Of a DNA stretch of 64,000 nucleotides, positions 43,260 through 53,618 are shown piece after piece; the first letter of the stretch is position 1; every line of letters begins with the position of its first letter. The DNA lies in assembly GCA_041657405.1 (NCBI GenBank), contig JBBABX010000001.1, forward strand, positions 12,152 through 76,151, written 5' to 3'. The stretch comes from Minisyncoccota bacterium (GTDB taxonomy: Bacteria > Patescibacteriota > Minisyncoccia > Phycocordibacterales > XYD1-FULL-46-19). A model generated the notes under the pieces. The model made no database searches. It was not told where the DNA came from and was given only the letters and a program-made list of their open reading frames with translations. The position numbers and the translations under genes were made by a program.

Positions 43260-44611
43260 CAAAAAATTTTCTTAACTGCTTTTAAAATTTTTGTTATCAT
43301 CCCCGCCTTTTTCTCTATAATTATTATATCAGAAGTAGTGGAATTTGAAGATATACCATCAGTCTCCGACTCAAGATCTTGTTCATTGCCAGAATTTAAT
43401 TGGGACAAATCAGCCGAACCAACAGCCGCCAGAGTCAAGGCTTGTTCTTTCTTGATTTGTATCAACATATTTTGCGCTTCGGCCAACTTTTGCCGCAACT
43501 CTATGACTTTAGCAGTTGTAGAAGCGAATAAGACTAATTGGTCTTGATTAGCTATTTTTGTTCCAGCCCCAGCAACAGTAAAATCATCCGGGCAATTAAG
43601 ACTCCAGGATCCGGTCTTAGTCTCTTTTGGCAACGATATTTTTAGTTCACCCCCAGCGCTGACTATTGTGTCTTTGACGAAAGTAATTATCGTAGAACTA
43701 CCATTTTTTATATTCCAATCATTAATATTTTCTTCCCATTCACCCAAATTTTTAATAGACAAATAATTTTTATCAGGAAATACCTCTAAGACAAAATTTG
43801 GTTCAGTCACCGTCACGACAGTCCGCGAAACTGCTTCTTCCAAGCCTGAGGTGTAATTTAAAACTACATTATACTGCCCAGGAAAATCGTATTGATGACT
43901 GACCTTAACTCCCCGTTTAGATGTCCCGTCGCCAAACGACCACTCAAAAGTTCCAGAGAGTGGTTTTTGGGATTCTACCTTAAATTCAACTGGCGTTCGA
44001 GTATTTGCCAATCGAGCTCGTCCAGCGCTTATTTCAATATCATCAGGATCATAACTACTTATTTCTACTTGACCAGAATGCGCTGATAAGTTTGAGTCGT
44101 TACCTAAATCGAAATCAGAATTATTGTCATCATCAGCGTCATTGTCATCATTTCCAAGATTAGATAAGGCAGAAGCCGACGAATTAATAACAATCTTTGC
44201 AGTAATAAATTCCTCTACTGAAAAACCCTCTCCATCTTTCATTGTTACTTTTACCCTATAAATTCCATTTGGAGCATTTTCATCTTTGCTGTTTTTACCA
44301 TTCCATTCTTTTTCTGCTGTTAAAGAAAAAGTGCTACTGGAAAAATATTTAAAAGCTGAGGTTCTGTTGCAAATACTATCATCTTCTTTACAAATAGAAA
44401 TAGTTGTAAATTTTACTTCCCTATCAGCGGTAACCCTAATCAACAATCTCGAATCATCACCAGTAAGCGGATTGAAGGTTATATCATCTGTTTGTTCATG
44501 CAATTGAAAACTTTCAATTTTAGGACCATCTGCCCAAGTAACTAATGGAAAAAATAAAAGAATAAAAACAAAGGTAATAAAAACCTTCCGTTTTAAAAAC
44601 ATTAAAAACAT
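43259..44611 (-). CDS. Secreted surface protein with FlgD-Ig-like, PKD and lamin-tail-like domains
   Basis: Signal peptide; WNGKN...APNGIY; WSFGDG...HQYDFPGQYNVVL. Confidence 0.75.
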   Translation of the reverse strand: MFLMFLKRKVFITFVFILLFFPLVTWADGPKIESFQLHEQTDDITFNPLTGDDSRLLIRVTADREVKFTTISICKEDDSICNRTSAFKYFSSSTFSLTAEKEWNGKNSKDENAPNGIYRVKVTMKDGEGFSVEEFITAKIVINSSASALSNLGNDDNDADDDNNSDFDLGNDSNLSAHSGQVEISSYDPDDIEISAGRARLANTRTPVEFKVESQKPLSGTFEWSFGDGTSKRGVKVSHQYDFPGQYNVVLNYTSGLEEAVSRTVVTVTEPNFVLEVFPDKNYLSIKNLGEWEENINDWNIKNGSSTIITFVKDTIVSAGGELKISLPKETKTGSWSLNCPDDFTVAGAGTKIANQDQLVLFASTTAKVIELRQKLAEAQNMLIQIKKEQALTLAAVGSADLSQLNSGNEQDLESETDGISSNSTTSDIIIIEKKAGMITKILKAVKKIF

Positions 44612-44632
44612 GTTAAAAAATTAAGTTTGTAA

Positions 44633-47158
44633 TTACATCGGCGCTACTCTTAAAATACTGTTCTCCATCAATGGTGTCCCAGCAACCAATTCATTATTAC
44701 GATCACGACCATTTTGCCGCCAGCCAGTATTAACCACTTCCCAGCTTGATTGCAAGTTGCCATCTCGATCCCAACGTCGCTCAATTGAACAGTCGAGACC
44801 ATAATAATCTGGATTAAACAAGATCGTTTGATCCCAAACCATTTCAATTTCATCCTCTTTTTTAACTAATCTCAACTGCAAATTATCATCTGGCAAGCCC
44901 TCCATTTCTGAATTTTCCACAAAGTTGGCTACAAGATTGGCTGGCAAATCAGAAATAACCTCATCGTCTATTCTTTCAATCAAATAAAAATCCTGACCGC
45001 TAATAGTCCCCGACAATTCAATCAACGGCTTATTGTCAGAACCAACAAGCCAAAAATTATCCAAAGACAACTCAAACGGCAAAGAATTATAAAGCTCCAA
45101 CCATTCATCAGCAGAAGAAGCGGCCGTGCCAGTCCAGCCGATTTCATTAATAACCAGAGACCGAACACTAAACCAGATTTCAAATGGTTCGGACTGTATC
45201 TCTTCGCCATTATTATCGCGTGCAGATAAAACCAGCCTCCAACCAATCGGCCCGTCAGACAAGTCTGTTTCATAAATTATTGAACTGTTGGTCGTATCGG
45301 CCATCAAAATTTCCAGGTCCTCTCCCCAATCTCCCCAAAACTCATAAGTGTTAAAAAGTTTATATGAGTATTCCCCCGGCTTAGAGATTGTCCACGAAAT
45401 GTGGATTTTTTCTGTTGGGTCAATCGAACAATGATCCGATAGACGACTCTTGGCGCACTCTTCAACTGATAGACTAATAGTTGGCGGTAAAGAATCTATA
45501 AAAATTTCAATGGCAACAGCTTCTGAAATGTGATCTCCAATATCGCGCGCAAAAAAATTAAGAGTCGTTGTGCCTTGTGGTAAATCATTTATTACAAGCT
45601 CCCATTCCCCACTTTCTTGGTCGCTAAGAATTATATTATCATGATCAAAATCACAAAAAACAAAGTTCCCTGGAGTGCTTGAACCAGAAAAAATTATAGT
45701 CGTAGTAGAAAACGGAACAGAAAAATCTAGGGGCGAAAGAATAACTGGACTCTCAATCATTATTTTTTCAACAACTTCAGGTATTAAATTTTCATCTGCC
45801 GCCAGAGAAACACTTTCAACAGATGAAATATGGTGATGAACGTGTTGACTAATTTCCGCTAATTCAATTGAAGATTCTATGTTTTGGTTATTTTCAGTTT
45901 CCAACTTGGCGCGAAAATCATCTAATTGTTGTTGAAGAGCTAAGACTTCTGTCATTAATTGATCAATTTGCGCCTGACTTATAGTCGATTCAGTAATTGG
46001 AATATTGTCTAAAATTGGCGATATTTCCTCCTTTTGAGAAGAAGCAATGTTAGCTTCAATATTAGAATTATTATCTAAATCATGATTATTAGAAGATAGG
46101 CTTAGAGACCAAAGAGTGCCCAAAGCTGAAAGAGCATTATTCGCGCCAATTGATAAGCGATCTATAAAACGCTTGATATAACTTTTATTTAAATCAAATA
46201 GACGATGAGATTTTCTTTCCACAGCTACTTCTTTAAAAAATAATTCAATGACTCCCGCACTCCCAAGAACCGCTTTTTCAGAAAGGTGTTGCCAATAGTC
46301 AGAAACGACAAGGTTGTCAATGTCGTCTAACTGATAGGTTTTTTCAATTTGGCCAGAGAACAAATTTCTTTTGCTATCAATTCTCGTCAAAGCCTGAGTT
46401 AACATACCAAGGCCAAAATTATAACTTATTCCATTTCGTAACCTAAAATATTTTTCTTCTTTTATTGTTGGTTTATTAAAATACTCATCCAAAATAGTAT
46501 CATCGCTAAAAAAATTTCCGTTAGAAAAAACCGCCAAACTATCAAAGTATTCACCCAAGGTATCCAACCTAACTGGTTTTTGGCCGGTAAAGGTCAGATC
46601 GTCTGCAAAACGAAAACTACCAACCGTAAAACGTTCAGCATAATTTTCATAAGTTTTTTTGAAGGCGTGAGCATCGTCACGCGTATGGTCCGGCACAGTC
46701 GCGTCTTGGACCAAGTGCAAGACATGCCCCAAAGAAAGCAAGGCTCTTTCTTTATCACCCCAGGCATACTCATAAACCGCCCGTGGCCAAGAAAAATCAT
46801 TCGGGTCAGAAAAATAACTTCTCACCAAACCGTTGCCCGGCCGAGAGGCTTGAGCATCCGGACTCTCGGCCCAAACTTTTGACGACCGCCCGCCCTTAAA
46901 GCCACGGTTATGGACCGGATCATAAAAGTGATTAAGCCAGCGCGGTGCAGCATCCTCATCTTCACTGCCTTGAATAATTAAATCCTTTTCAAAATCAAGA
47001 AAACTTTGACTCGGATTATAGAACTCAAATAATTTTATCGCTTCTTGGGTAACAGCCCGGTGAGTAGTGCTATCATCATAAGCAAAAACCGGCACAGCCC
47101 TGAATAATCCAAGGTTAGCCAGAAACAAGCCTAGAATTACAAGCTTTCTATTAGCCAT
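44633..47158 (-). CDS. Secreted protein with N-terminal Zn-dependent phospholipase C/P1-nuclease-like domain, Ig-like region and lamin-tail domain
   Basis: Signal peptide; TH, NHFYDP, LGHVLHLVQDATVPDH, YE metal-ligand pattern; LVINEIGW...EWLELYN. Confidence 0.75.
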   Translation of the reverse strand: MANRKLVILGLFLANLGLFRAVPVFAYDDSTTHRAVTQEAIKLFEFYNPSQSFLDFEKDLIIQGSEDEDAAPRWLNHFYDPVHNRGFKGGRSSKVWAESPDAQASRPGNGLVRSYFSDPNDFSWPRAVYEYAWGDKERALLSLGHVLHLVQDATVPDHTRDDAHAFKKTYENYAERFTVGSFRFADDLTFTGQKPVRLDTLGEYFDSLAVFSNGNFFSDDTILDEYFNKPTIKEEKYFRLRNGISYNFGLGMLTQALTRIDSKRNLFSGQIEKTYQLDDIDNLVVSDYWQHLSEKAVLGSAGVIELFFKEVAVERKSHRLFDLNKSYIKRFIDRLSIGANNALSALGTLWSLSLSSNNHDLDNNSNIEANIASSQKEEISPILDNIPITESTISQAQIDQLMTEVLALQQQLDDFRAKLETENNQNIESSIELAEISQHVHHHISSVESVSLAADENLIPEVVEKIMIESPVILSPLDFSVPFSTTTIIFSGSSTPGNFVFCDFDHDNIILSDQESGEWELVINDLPQGTTTLNFFARDIGDHISEAVAIEIFIDSLPPTISLSVEECAKSRLSDHCSIDPTEKIHISWTISKPGEYSYKLFNTYEFWGDWGEDLEILMADTTNSSIIYETDLSDGPIGWRLVLSARDNNGEEIQSEPFEIWFSVRSLVINEIGWTGTAASSADEWLELYNSLPFELSLDNFWLVGSDNKPLIELSGTISGQDFYLIERIDDEVISDLPANLVANFVENSEMEGLPDDNLQLRLVKKEDEIEMVWDQTILFNPDYYGLDCSIERRWDRDGNLQSSWEVVNTGWRQNGRDRNNELVAGTPLMENSILRVAPM

Positions 47159-47611
47159 TTCTGTGAGTTCGGGTTTTTAATTAAAGAATACGAAAATAAA
47201 ACCTGATTATTATCCAAAACAACAAACTCAAATCTATCATCTCCGACCAAGGTCCCGGTTTCAACTTTTTTTAAATCACTCAGAAGCAAGCCAACTCCTC
47301 CACTTTTAAAACCAGCCTTAAACCCCCCCCCCACCCCCCCCCCTCTTCTCCGGCACAAAATAACTGGCCGCCAAGCCGGCATCACCAGCTTCCAGCGCTG
47401 CCACAAACAAATCCAAGGTTTCTTCCGGTGTCTCCCCGCCGTTAGTATCCGTCCGATAAGTTTCTTCTATCGCCTCAAATTCCGCCAAATGCTTGCGATT
47501 CAGATATTCATACCAATAAAACGAAAGGGTCTGTGGACCCCAAATCACACCCCAAATTATCAACGCGACCAAAACAACCAGGCCACCAATAAGCCAAATT
47601 TTCTTTTTCAT
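47137..47611 (-). pseudogene. Membrane-anchored protein split by a frameshift in a G10-T-G10 tract (phase-variable gene or sequencing error)
   Basis: ORFs 47318-47611 and 47137-47406 join into one plausible protein across C10-A-C10 at 47323-47343. Confidence 0.7.
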
Positions 47612-47691
47612 ATTTTTAAATTTATGAATTCAAATTATTTATAATGTTACCACTTAAAAATCTTCATGAAACCCTCTCTTCCCCCAAACCT

Positions 47692-47750
47692 GTGGATAAC
47701 TAGCCAATCTAGGAGAGGGTAACCCTCTCCTAGATTGGCTAGTTATCCAC
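47692..47750. repeat. REP palindrome at the transposase 3' end (29-bp perfect arms)
   Basis: gtggataactagccaatctaggagagggt-a-accctctcctagattggctagttatccac. Confidence 0.9.
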
Positions 47751-48428
47751 TCTTTCTTTTTCTAACTCTTCTCTCCTCTTTTTATAGTCCATAACTAACA
47801 AATCAATATCTGATTCTTCAAAATCAGGGAATTCTTTTCTATCCAACAAGTTTGATTCTGGTCTTTCCCCAACAAAAAAATCATAATAGCTGGAAAAAGA
47901 ATGGGCATCCAAACTCTTTTTTATTTCGTCAATATTAGAATTCTCTTCACTTTCCCACTCGGGAAACCTTACTTTTACAGGGTTTAGATGGATGTAAGAA
48001 ATTAGATATTGATAGTAACTTTCGGAATCAATATGTTGAGCTTTAAAAGTACCTTCAAATAATCTACCCCTTCTTTTATATTTTAAATTAAAAAACATAG
48101 AGTGGCTCGTTTGTATTTTATTTAAAAACTTTGATATGCCACCTTCTTCAACTTCCTTAAGTAGCAAGTGAAAGTGGTTTGGCATCAGACAATAAGCACC
48201 AATATTAACAAGTGGATCACCTTTTCTTTTTGTTAAAAAGATATTTTTACCTCTATTTTCTTTAAAAATCTTTTCCATAGTAATTGGTTCCTTGTTGTTT
48301 AAAGCATAAAGAATCTTTACAAATCTAGAATGGTCATTTTTATCCTTAAAAATAACACGTTTTTCAACACCACGATTATAAATGTGGTAATATTCATCCA
48401 TTGCAAATTTAAATTTCCTTTCCACCAT
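47739..48428 (-). mobile_element. REP-associated tyrosine transposase (RAYT, IS200/IS605 HUH Y1 family)
   Basis: YHIYNRG, YCLMPNHFHLL (HUH), G.LF...F, YIHLNPV; flanked by REP palindromes. Confidence 0.9.
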
Positions 48429-48458
48429 TATATTATAATATTATATACCAAATCGGAA

Positions 48459-48519
48459 GAGAGGGTTACCCTCCAAGGAGGAAAAGAGGAGAGGGTAACC
48501 CTCTCCTCTTTTCCTCCTT
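48459..48519. repeat. REP copies upstream of the transposase
   Basis: gagagggttaccctc (48459-48473) and 22-bp perfect arms aaggaggaaaagaggagagggt-a-accctctcctcttttcctcctt (48475-48519). Confidence 0.9.
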
Positions 48520-48607
48520 AAGAAAACTCCCAAGCATTGTGTAAAAGCTGCCATAGGGCGGACCTGGTCGAAGTTAGGAAGGCAGGGAAAACAATATATG
48601 CGCCTCT

Positions 48608-49528
48608 CTAGTACTCAATTCTATCCACAAGAAGACCTTGATTGTCGTAAAGAGCTAAATAACCGTTGCTTTTTCTAAAGATGTTGCTTGAATAACCTAA
48701 ATAAACGCGCCAGGTGTCACCCAAGAAGTACTCTTGATTTTTTCGTTTATTGAAGCAGTTTTCGTAACCAAAAATTTCTTTTACCAATCGTCGACAAGAA
48801 GAAGGTATTTCACAATAATTGTTTACACAATCACCGTCAATCTTGGGTTCAACACAACGCGGCAAGCGACGAACTAAATAATAGCACTCGTCTCTAATCT
48901 CATCCCGATCCACAAATTCTAATTCCGAAGGACAACGAACGCTTAGTTTAGGCTTAAAATTCAAACCAGACAAATTCTCTAAATAGCCCATACAAACATT
49001 TTCTTTGAAACTGGACTCTAGGGGGAGTTTCCGCCCTGCAGGATTATCACCCACTGAGATAATTGCTGAGTCGCCAGGATAAAGAACTAACGGCACTCTA
49101 GTATTGCCAGTTGTTTGGTAAGGATTATAATATTCAATCGCCCCAACTGGCAGAACAATTTTTTTATTATTTTTCTTACTAGAAGAAGTGCTGCCACTTT
49201 GAACAGTCCAACCACCAATATAGACTGGGCCAGCTTTCCAACTACGATTAGTAATATAAAAATATTGATCATCTGGATAACTAGCCGAACGAATGTTCCC
49301 CAATTTTATTTTGATATTTTTACTATAAGGACTGACGTTTTCTATTTCTCCAGATACCTTTTTTTCGTCATCTTGATTTTGAGTGTTACCCATTGACAAT
49401 AACCCTCTTTCGCCAACTAAGACATTAGGGATTGAACCAGCTTCTTTTCTAACAATTCCGCCAGACAACCACAGGGCAAACATTATCACAATAACCATCA
49501 AAAACCATAGACCATCTGATTTAGGCAT
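48608..49528 (-). CDS. Membrane-anchored Cys-rich hypothetical protein (lamin-tail-like fold)
   Basis: N-terminal TM; ITN...IGGWTV; LALYDNQGLLVD C-terminus. Confidence 0.65.
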   Translation of the reverse strand: MPKSDGLWFLMVIVIMFALWLSGGIVRKEAGSIPNVLVGERGLLSMGNTQNQDDEKKVSGEIENVSPYSKNIKIKLGNIRSASYPDDQYFYITNRSWKAGPVYIGGWTVQSGSTSSSKKNNKKIVLPVGAIEYYNPYQTTGNTRVPLVLYPGDSAIISVGDNPAGRKLPLESSFKENVCMGYLENLSGLNFKPKLSVRCPSELEFVDRDEIRDECYYLVRRLPRCVEPKIDGDCVNNYCEIPSSCRRLVKEIFGYENCFNKRKNQEYFLGDTWRVYLGYSSNIFRKSNGYLALYDNQGLLVDRIEY

Positions 49529-49814
49529 AATATTTAAATTATAAAATATCCAAACAAGTCTGACAACAAATAACCCGACTATAATTTAACTTTTGAAATA
49601 AGAACAATCTCTCCCAAGCCACTTTTTCATAAAATACTACACTTATTAATCTCACGAACTTTAAAAAAGTATCCCCAAAAAACTTCCCTCTTGATATTAA
49701 ATTTTCCCGAAGCCATTTTTGCTTGTCTTTTTTATTCTTTGTCTCATTTTTGTTTATTTTCGGCAACATAAGCAAGTTGAAATAAAATAGGCTTGGTCCA
49801 ACTTGCAACATCGG

Positions 49815-49854
49815 GAAATAAAAAAACCACCCGAAAGGGTGGTTTTTTTATTTC
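49815..49854 (-). terminator. Intrinsic terminator after the S-layer-like gene
   Basis: gaaataaaaaaaccaccc-gaaa-gggtggtttttttatttc. Confidence 0.85.
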
Positions 49855-49866
49855 AACTAACTAAGA

Positions 49867-51825
49867 CTAAACATCAATGTAAAGATGGTCAGTCTCAAAG
49901 TCGGTAGCTGGGGAAGTAATTTGCATTGTGTCTGCATTATCAGCCGCACCAACATTGTAGTTTACCCCATAGAGCTGTACTCGGTAATAACCGTCAGCAG
50001 CCGGAGTAAGGGTAACTTGCAAAGTAAAGGTTTCAGTTTCACCTTGGTCAACTACGTAGTAATCGCCACTCTTGCTAGCAGTAGCAGAGTAGATAGCCGA
50101 AGTGGAAGCCAAACCAGCATCATTCAACATCATCGCAACACCAGTGGAATCTTCAACAGTGTAGATAACACCAGCATTTGTTGTAATTGTAGCAGTAGCG
50201 GCAGTCGGTCCAGTTGGAATGTAAATAGCATTCTCAAAAGCCGTCACGTCAAACTTGACGGTGTAAAGACCAATTTTACCACCAGCTGTATCACCATTAG
50301 TATCTTCAATCGTTGGAGTGGAGATAGTGTTAGCAGCAATAACAATACCAGTTGAGTGGAAAGCGTGGTATTTAGAGGAAGCGGCACCAGTCTTATCGGT
50401 ATTACCGACAAGATTACCTTTTTCGTCTTCAACATCCCAAGCATCCCAAGCATCATCGTTGTCAGGGTTAACACTAGCCATCAAGTTATCACCTTCGGTG
50501 AAGTATCCGTCTCCAATTTCATTGATGTCAACTTCAACAACAACCTCAACCGTGTCGCCAGCATCAATAACCAAATCAATATTGTCAAAGACAACAGTGG
50601 TGGTCGCAATAGTTGAAGAAGCAAGAGTTTCGGAGCCCATCACATCACCATCAACAACTAATTTAGCAGTATTGATGATATTGCTGACACCGGCACCGAC
50701 CGCGGTAAAGTCAACAGAAATATCGTTGACATAAAGGTCGGAATCACCTCGAGCTTCAAGTTTGAACGACAAAATTTCTTCATCGTCAGTCTCATCGGTT
50801 GTGCTAACCATGATAATGCGGGAATCATTGATAGCCGCGCTACCCTTGGTCAAACGGAGCTCCAAGTCAGAGGCAGAAGCAAAACCTTCAAAAGAGAAGG
50901 TGCGACCAGTGGCATCATTGATATCACCAGTATTGCTGTCATCAATAACTGCACCTAGACCATCACGATAACGAACAGACTCAAACTCAACAGTCCAAGT
51001 CTTGCCTTCGTCGGTAGAATCAAGATTAGAAACACCAGACAAGGCAACAACCAATTCACCGGTCTCGCCAGCACGAATAATCGCGCCACGATCCAAGGAA
51101 ACGGTTTTGTCATAATTGTTACGACGGGTAAATTCATCGGCGTCCAAGCGAGCAACTTCTTCGTCTTCAAACCAAATAGAAACCTCTTCCGCATAGCGGT
51201 CAAGATCTCTGGTTGCGGTTCCCTTGGAGAAGTTTAGGTTAACGGCGAGTAGTTCAAGGTCAGAATTGTCGTCAGCCTCAATAACAAGGCCAGCAACCTC
51301 AACATCATCTTTTCCTTCACCAACTTCTTCATTGCTCAATTTAGAAACATAATCAACGTCGTAAATTGAACCAGCGCCACCTTCCAAACCGGTGGAAACA
51401 TCGTCATCATCGTCATCATCACCAGCAGTAGAACCAGCGGTCAAGGTCGCATACATAGAGCGACTTTTAGGACCGAAGTAACCGGCAGCTGGGGCAACGC
51501 CATTGGCGGCTTGCCATTTGGCGACAGCGGCTTTGGTCAAGTTACCAAAATAACCGTAAGCAACGCCGACTGGCATCACGAGATAACCTTCATCTTCTAA
51601 ATATTTCTGCAGGATTTCAACTTGATCACCTTGGCTACCAATAGTTAGGTCCTTGGTGATAGTTCCAGTTGTAGATGAACCGCCAGACAAAGCAGAGATT
51701 TGCGCCTGCAATTGCGCAATCAAAGCTTGCAATTCTTCAACTGTCGCGGCTTTGGCGGTAGAAACACCAACCAAGGCGAAGATGAAGGCAGCAGCTACAA
51801 CTAGAGTAAGAATTCTTTTACTCAT
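49867..51825 (-). CDS. S-layer-like major surface protein with N-terminal peptidoglycan-binding domain
   Basis: Signal peptide, ELQALIAQLQAQI coil, DLTIGSQG..V..LQ...GYFG.LTKAAV.KWQ, acidic Thr/Asp-rich beta-strand body. Confidence 0.8.
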   Translation of the reverse strand: MSKRILTLVVAAAFIFALVGVSTAKAATVEELQALIAQLQAQISALSGGSSTTGTITKDLTIGSQGDQVEILQKYLEDEGYLVMPVGVAYGYFGNLTKAAVAKWQAANGVAPAAGYFGPKSRSMYATLTAGSTAGDDDDDDDVSTGLEGGAGSIYDVDYVSKLSNEEVGEGKDDVEVAGLVIEADDNSDLELLAVNLNFSKGTATRDLDRYAEEVSIWFEDEEVARLDADEFTRRNNYDKTVSLDRGAIIRAGETGELVVALSGVSNLDSTDEGKTWTVEFESVRYRDGLGAVIDDSNTGDINDATGRTFSFEGFASASDLELRLTKGSAAINDSRIIMVSTTDETDDEEILSFKLEARGDSDLYVNDISVDFTAVGAGVSNIINTAKLVVDGDVMGSETLASSTIATTTVVFDNIDLVIDAGDTVEVVVEVDINEIGDGYFTEGDNLMASVNPDNDDAWDAWDVEDEKGNLVGNTDKTGAASSKYHAFHSTGIVIAANTISTPTIEDTNGDTAGGKIGLYTVKFDVTAFENAIYIPTGPTAATATITTNAGVIYTVEDSTGVAMMLNDAGLASTSAIYSATASKSGDYYVVDQGETETFTLQVTLTPAADGYYRVQLYGVNYNVGAADNADTMQITSPATDFETDHLYIDV

Positions 51826-52058
51826 AATATATAATGTAACTAATAAACTTACTTATAATAACTAATAATAATAATTTTGTGTTGGTTGTTCGTACACCTC
51901 GACACCAACCAGCGAGATAACAATTTAATTTAATTGATATTTCGCTGGTTAGTGTCAAAGCAAATAAAAACAACCACGAGAAGATTGTTCGACCAAACCT
52001 TCTCAATGTCTTGACTAAATTTTGGAAAGACAAAAATTAAAACAGAAAACTTTCGGAT

Positions 52059-52116
52059 ATTCAATTTTCAAAGGGCAATTATCCAAATTATAGCAACTTT
52101 GTCGTATCTTTCGCAA
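52059..52116 (-). promoter_or_regulatory. Promoter (extended -10) and boxA-like motif of the S-layer-like gene
   Basis: TTGCGA-18-TATAAT with TGn extension (52087-52116), then CTTTGAAAATTGAAT (52059-52073). Confidence 0.6.
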
Positions 52117-52445
52117 AACAATCAATGTGGATAACTAAACAAGAGTTTTTTGAAAAAACACTTGTTTTACCCCATTTAAAACGTCTTGCAACATCAATTG
52201 TGACAAACCAACTATCGCTGATATTATACTAAAAATAGAACAGTAGTCAAACAAAAATTATCTATCAGGAATAAGATTTGTTAAATTAATAAAACTCAAC
52301 AAACAACAAATACGAATCAATGGAGTAATAATGAATCCATTGTTTAAATTTTAGGAGAAAATTAAAACCCATTTGTAAAAGACAAAACTTCAATTTCATT
52401 TTTTTGACCTTTACAGACTTTTGGGGTTAAATTCAAAATTTAAAT

Positions 52446-53288
52446 TTAAGCCAAGAGATATCGGCTCCATCGTCGGTCTCCTTTTTTCTTTAGAATTCCT
52501 TTCTGTACCAAGTCAGCTAATTCACGTTGAATTGTTTTAGTGCTACAATCTGAAATCGCATCAGAAATGTCTTTTATAGAAGTCCAACTCTTTCCGCGAA
52601 GGAAAGTGATAATTTCATTGCGTCGAGTATTTTTGCTTACTAAACGACGCCCCTTTTTAACCCCTTCTTGATTAGAAATGTCCTTTTCATCCAAATTTGG
52701 TGTCCTTTTTATTTTCTCGGACATAAAATTATTAAGCCGGGTATTATCTATAGCGGTCGGAAAATGCCCCAAGCTCCTGGTTTGACCATCAACTGGATAT
52801 TTCTCTTTAGCTTCCAAAAGCAATTGCAAAGCTTCCTCTGGTCCAACGATTTCCTTTAAACCGCAACCTAGCCGAGTAGAGATATTTTTACTTAACTGAC
52901 TAAACTCATTTCGTAAAATTGTTAAATTCATTTCTGAAGAAAAACTTGCCGCCAACGCGACTTCCAACAAATTGATGATTTGATCTAGACGATTAAGGAC
53001 AGCTTCCAAAACAGAAATTTTAAATAATGGGGAGATCTGTCCTTCAGCTGATAAGCCATTGGCTAAACCGGTTGTCGGAACCAAAAGACTGGTCTCCGAA
53101 AGAAACTCAAGGACAGATTCTCTAAGACGCCATTTTAAGGGTTCACTTTCAGGGATGAGTGAGGTTATCAAATAAGTAGCCTGGACAAGCTTTTTTGATT
53201 TGAGATAAACAAACTTCAAAAAACGCTGGTCTATCCCCTGACCCATATTATTGTCTTTTATATTATTGTCTTTTTCTTTATCAGTCAT
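52446..53288 (-). CDS. Helical N-terminal domain plus C-terminal DeoR-like winged HTH protein
   Basis: SIKDIS...STKTIQRELADLV..G.L.K.GDRRWSRY. Confidence 0.8.
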   Translation of the reverse strand: MTDKEKDNNIKDNNMGQGIDQRFLKFVYLKSKKLVQATYLITSLIPESEPLKWRLRESVLEFLSETSLLVPTTGLANGLSAEGQISPLFKISVLEAVLNRLDQIINLLEVALAASFSSEMNLTILRNEFSQLSKNISTRLGCGLKEIVGPEEALQLLLEAKEKYPVDGQTRSLGHFPTAIDNTRLNNFMSEKIKRTPNLDEKDISNQEGVKKGRRLVSKNTRRNEIITFLRGKSWTSIKDISDAISDCSTKTIQRELADLVQKGILKKKGDRRWSRYLLA

Positions 53289-53618
53289 AACAATATTATA
53301 GTCTTTTAAAAATAGTCCTTTTAAATTTTAAGGTCATTTTAACTCTACCTCAAAAGACATAAAATGTCCATTAAAGCTCTCTCTAAATCAAGTTTCATAA
53401 ATCTCAAGATTGCTCTGGTGAAACTAAACAAAATCCAGACAACTGCAACAATATCTGCTCCTCCTAGAATTTCTCTAATCACAAAAAACATAGGAAGAGT
53501 TGAAAGATTTAGAGATTGAACAAAATTAAATGATTTTTATAAATAAATAGTTATCCACAGGCAACTTAATCTTTTAGACCAACCTGAAATTTTTATCCGC
53601 CTCTGTTATAATTGAGAA

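Noticed and set aside
49539-49811. 90-aa ORF between the S-layer terminator and the next gene
   Set aside because: TTG start, no motifs, composition like AT-rich intergenic DNA
49885-51865. Antisense ORFs within the S-layer-like gene and a 9-bp tandem duplication (AWDAWD)
   Set aside because: Typical shadows of a codon-biased gene; the duplication is in frame and minor
47691-53560. DnaA-box matches (47691, 52126, 53552) as a replication origin
   Set aside because: Isolated boxes kilobases apart, one inside a REP palindrome; no dnaA/dnaN nearby
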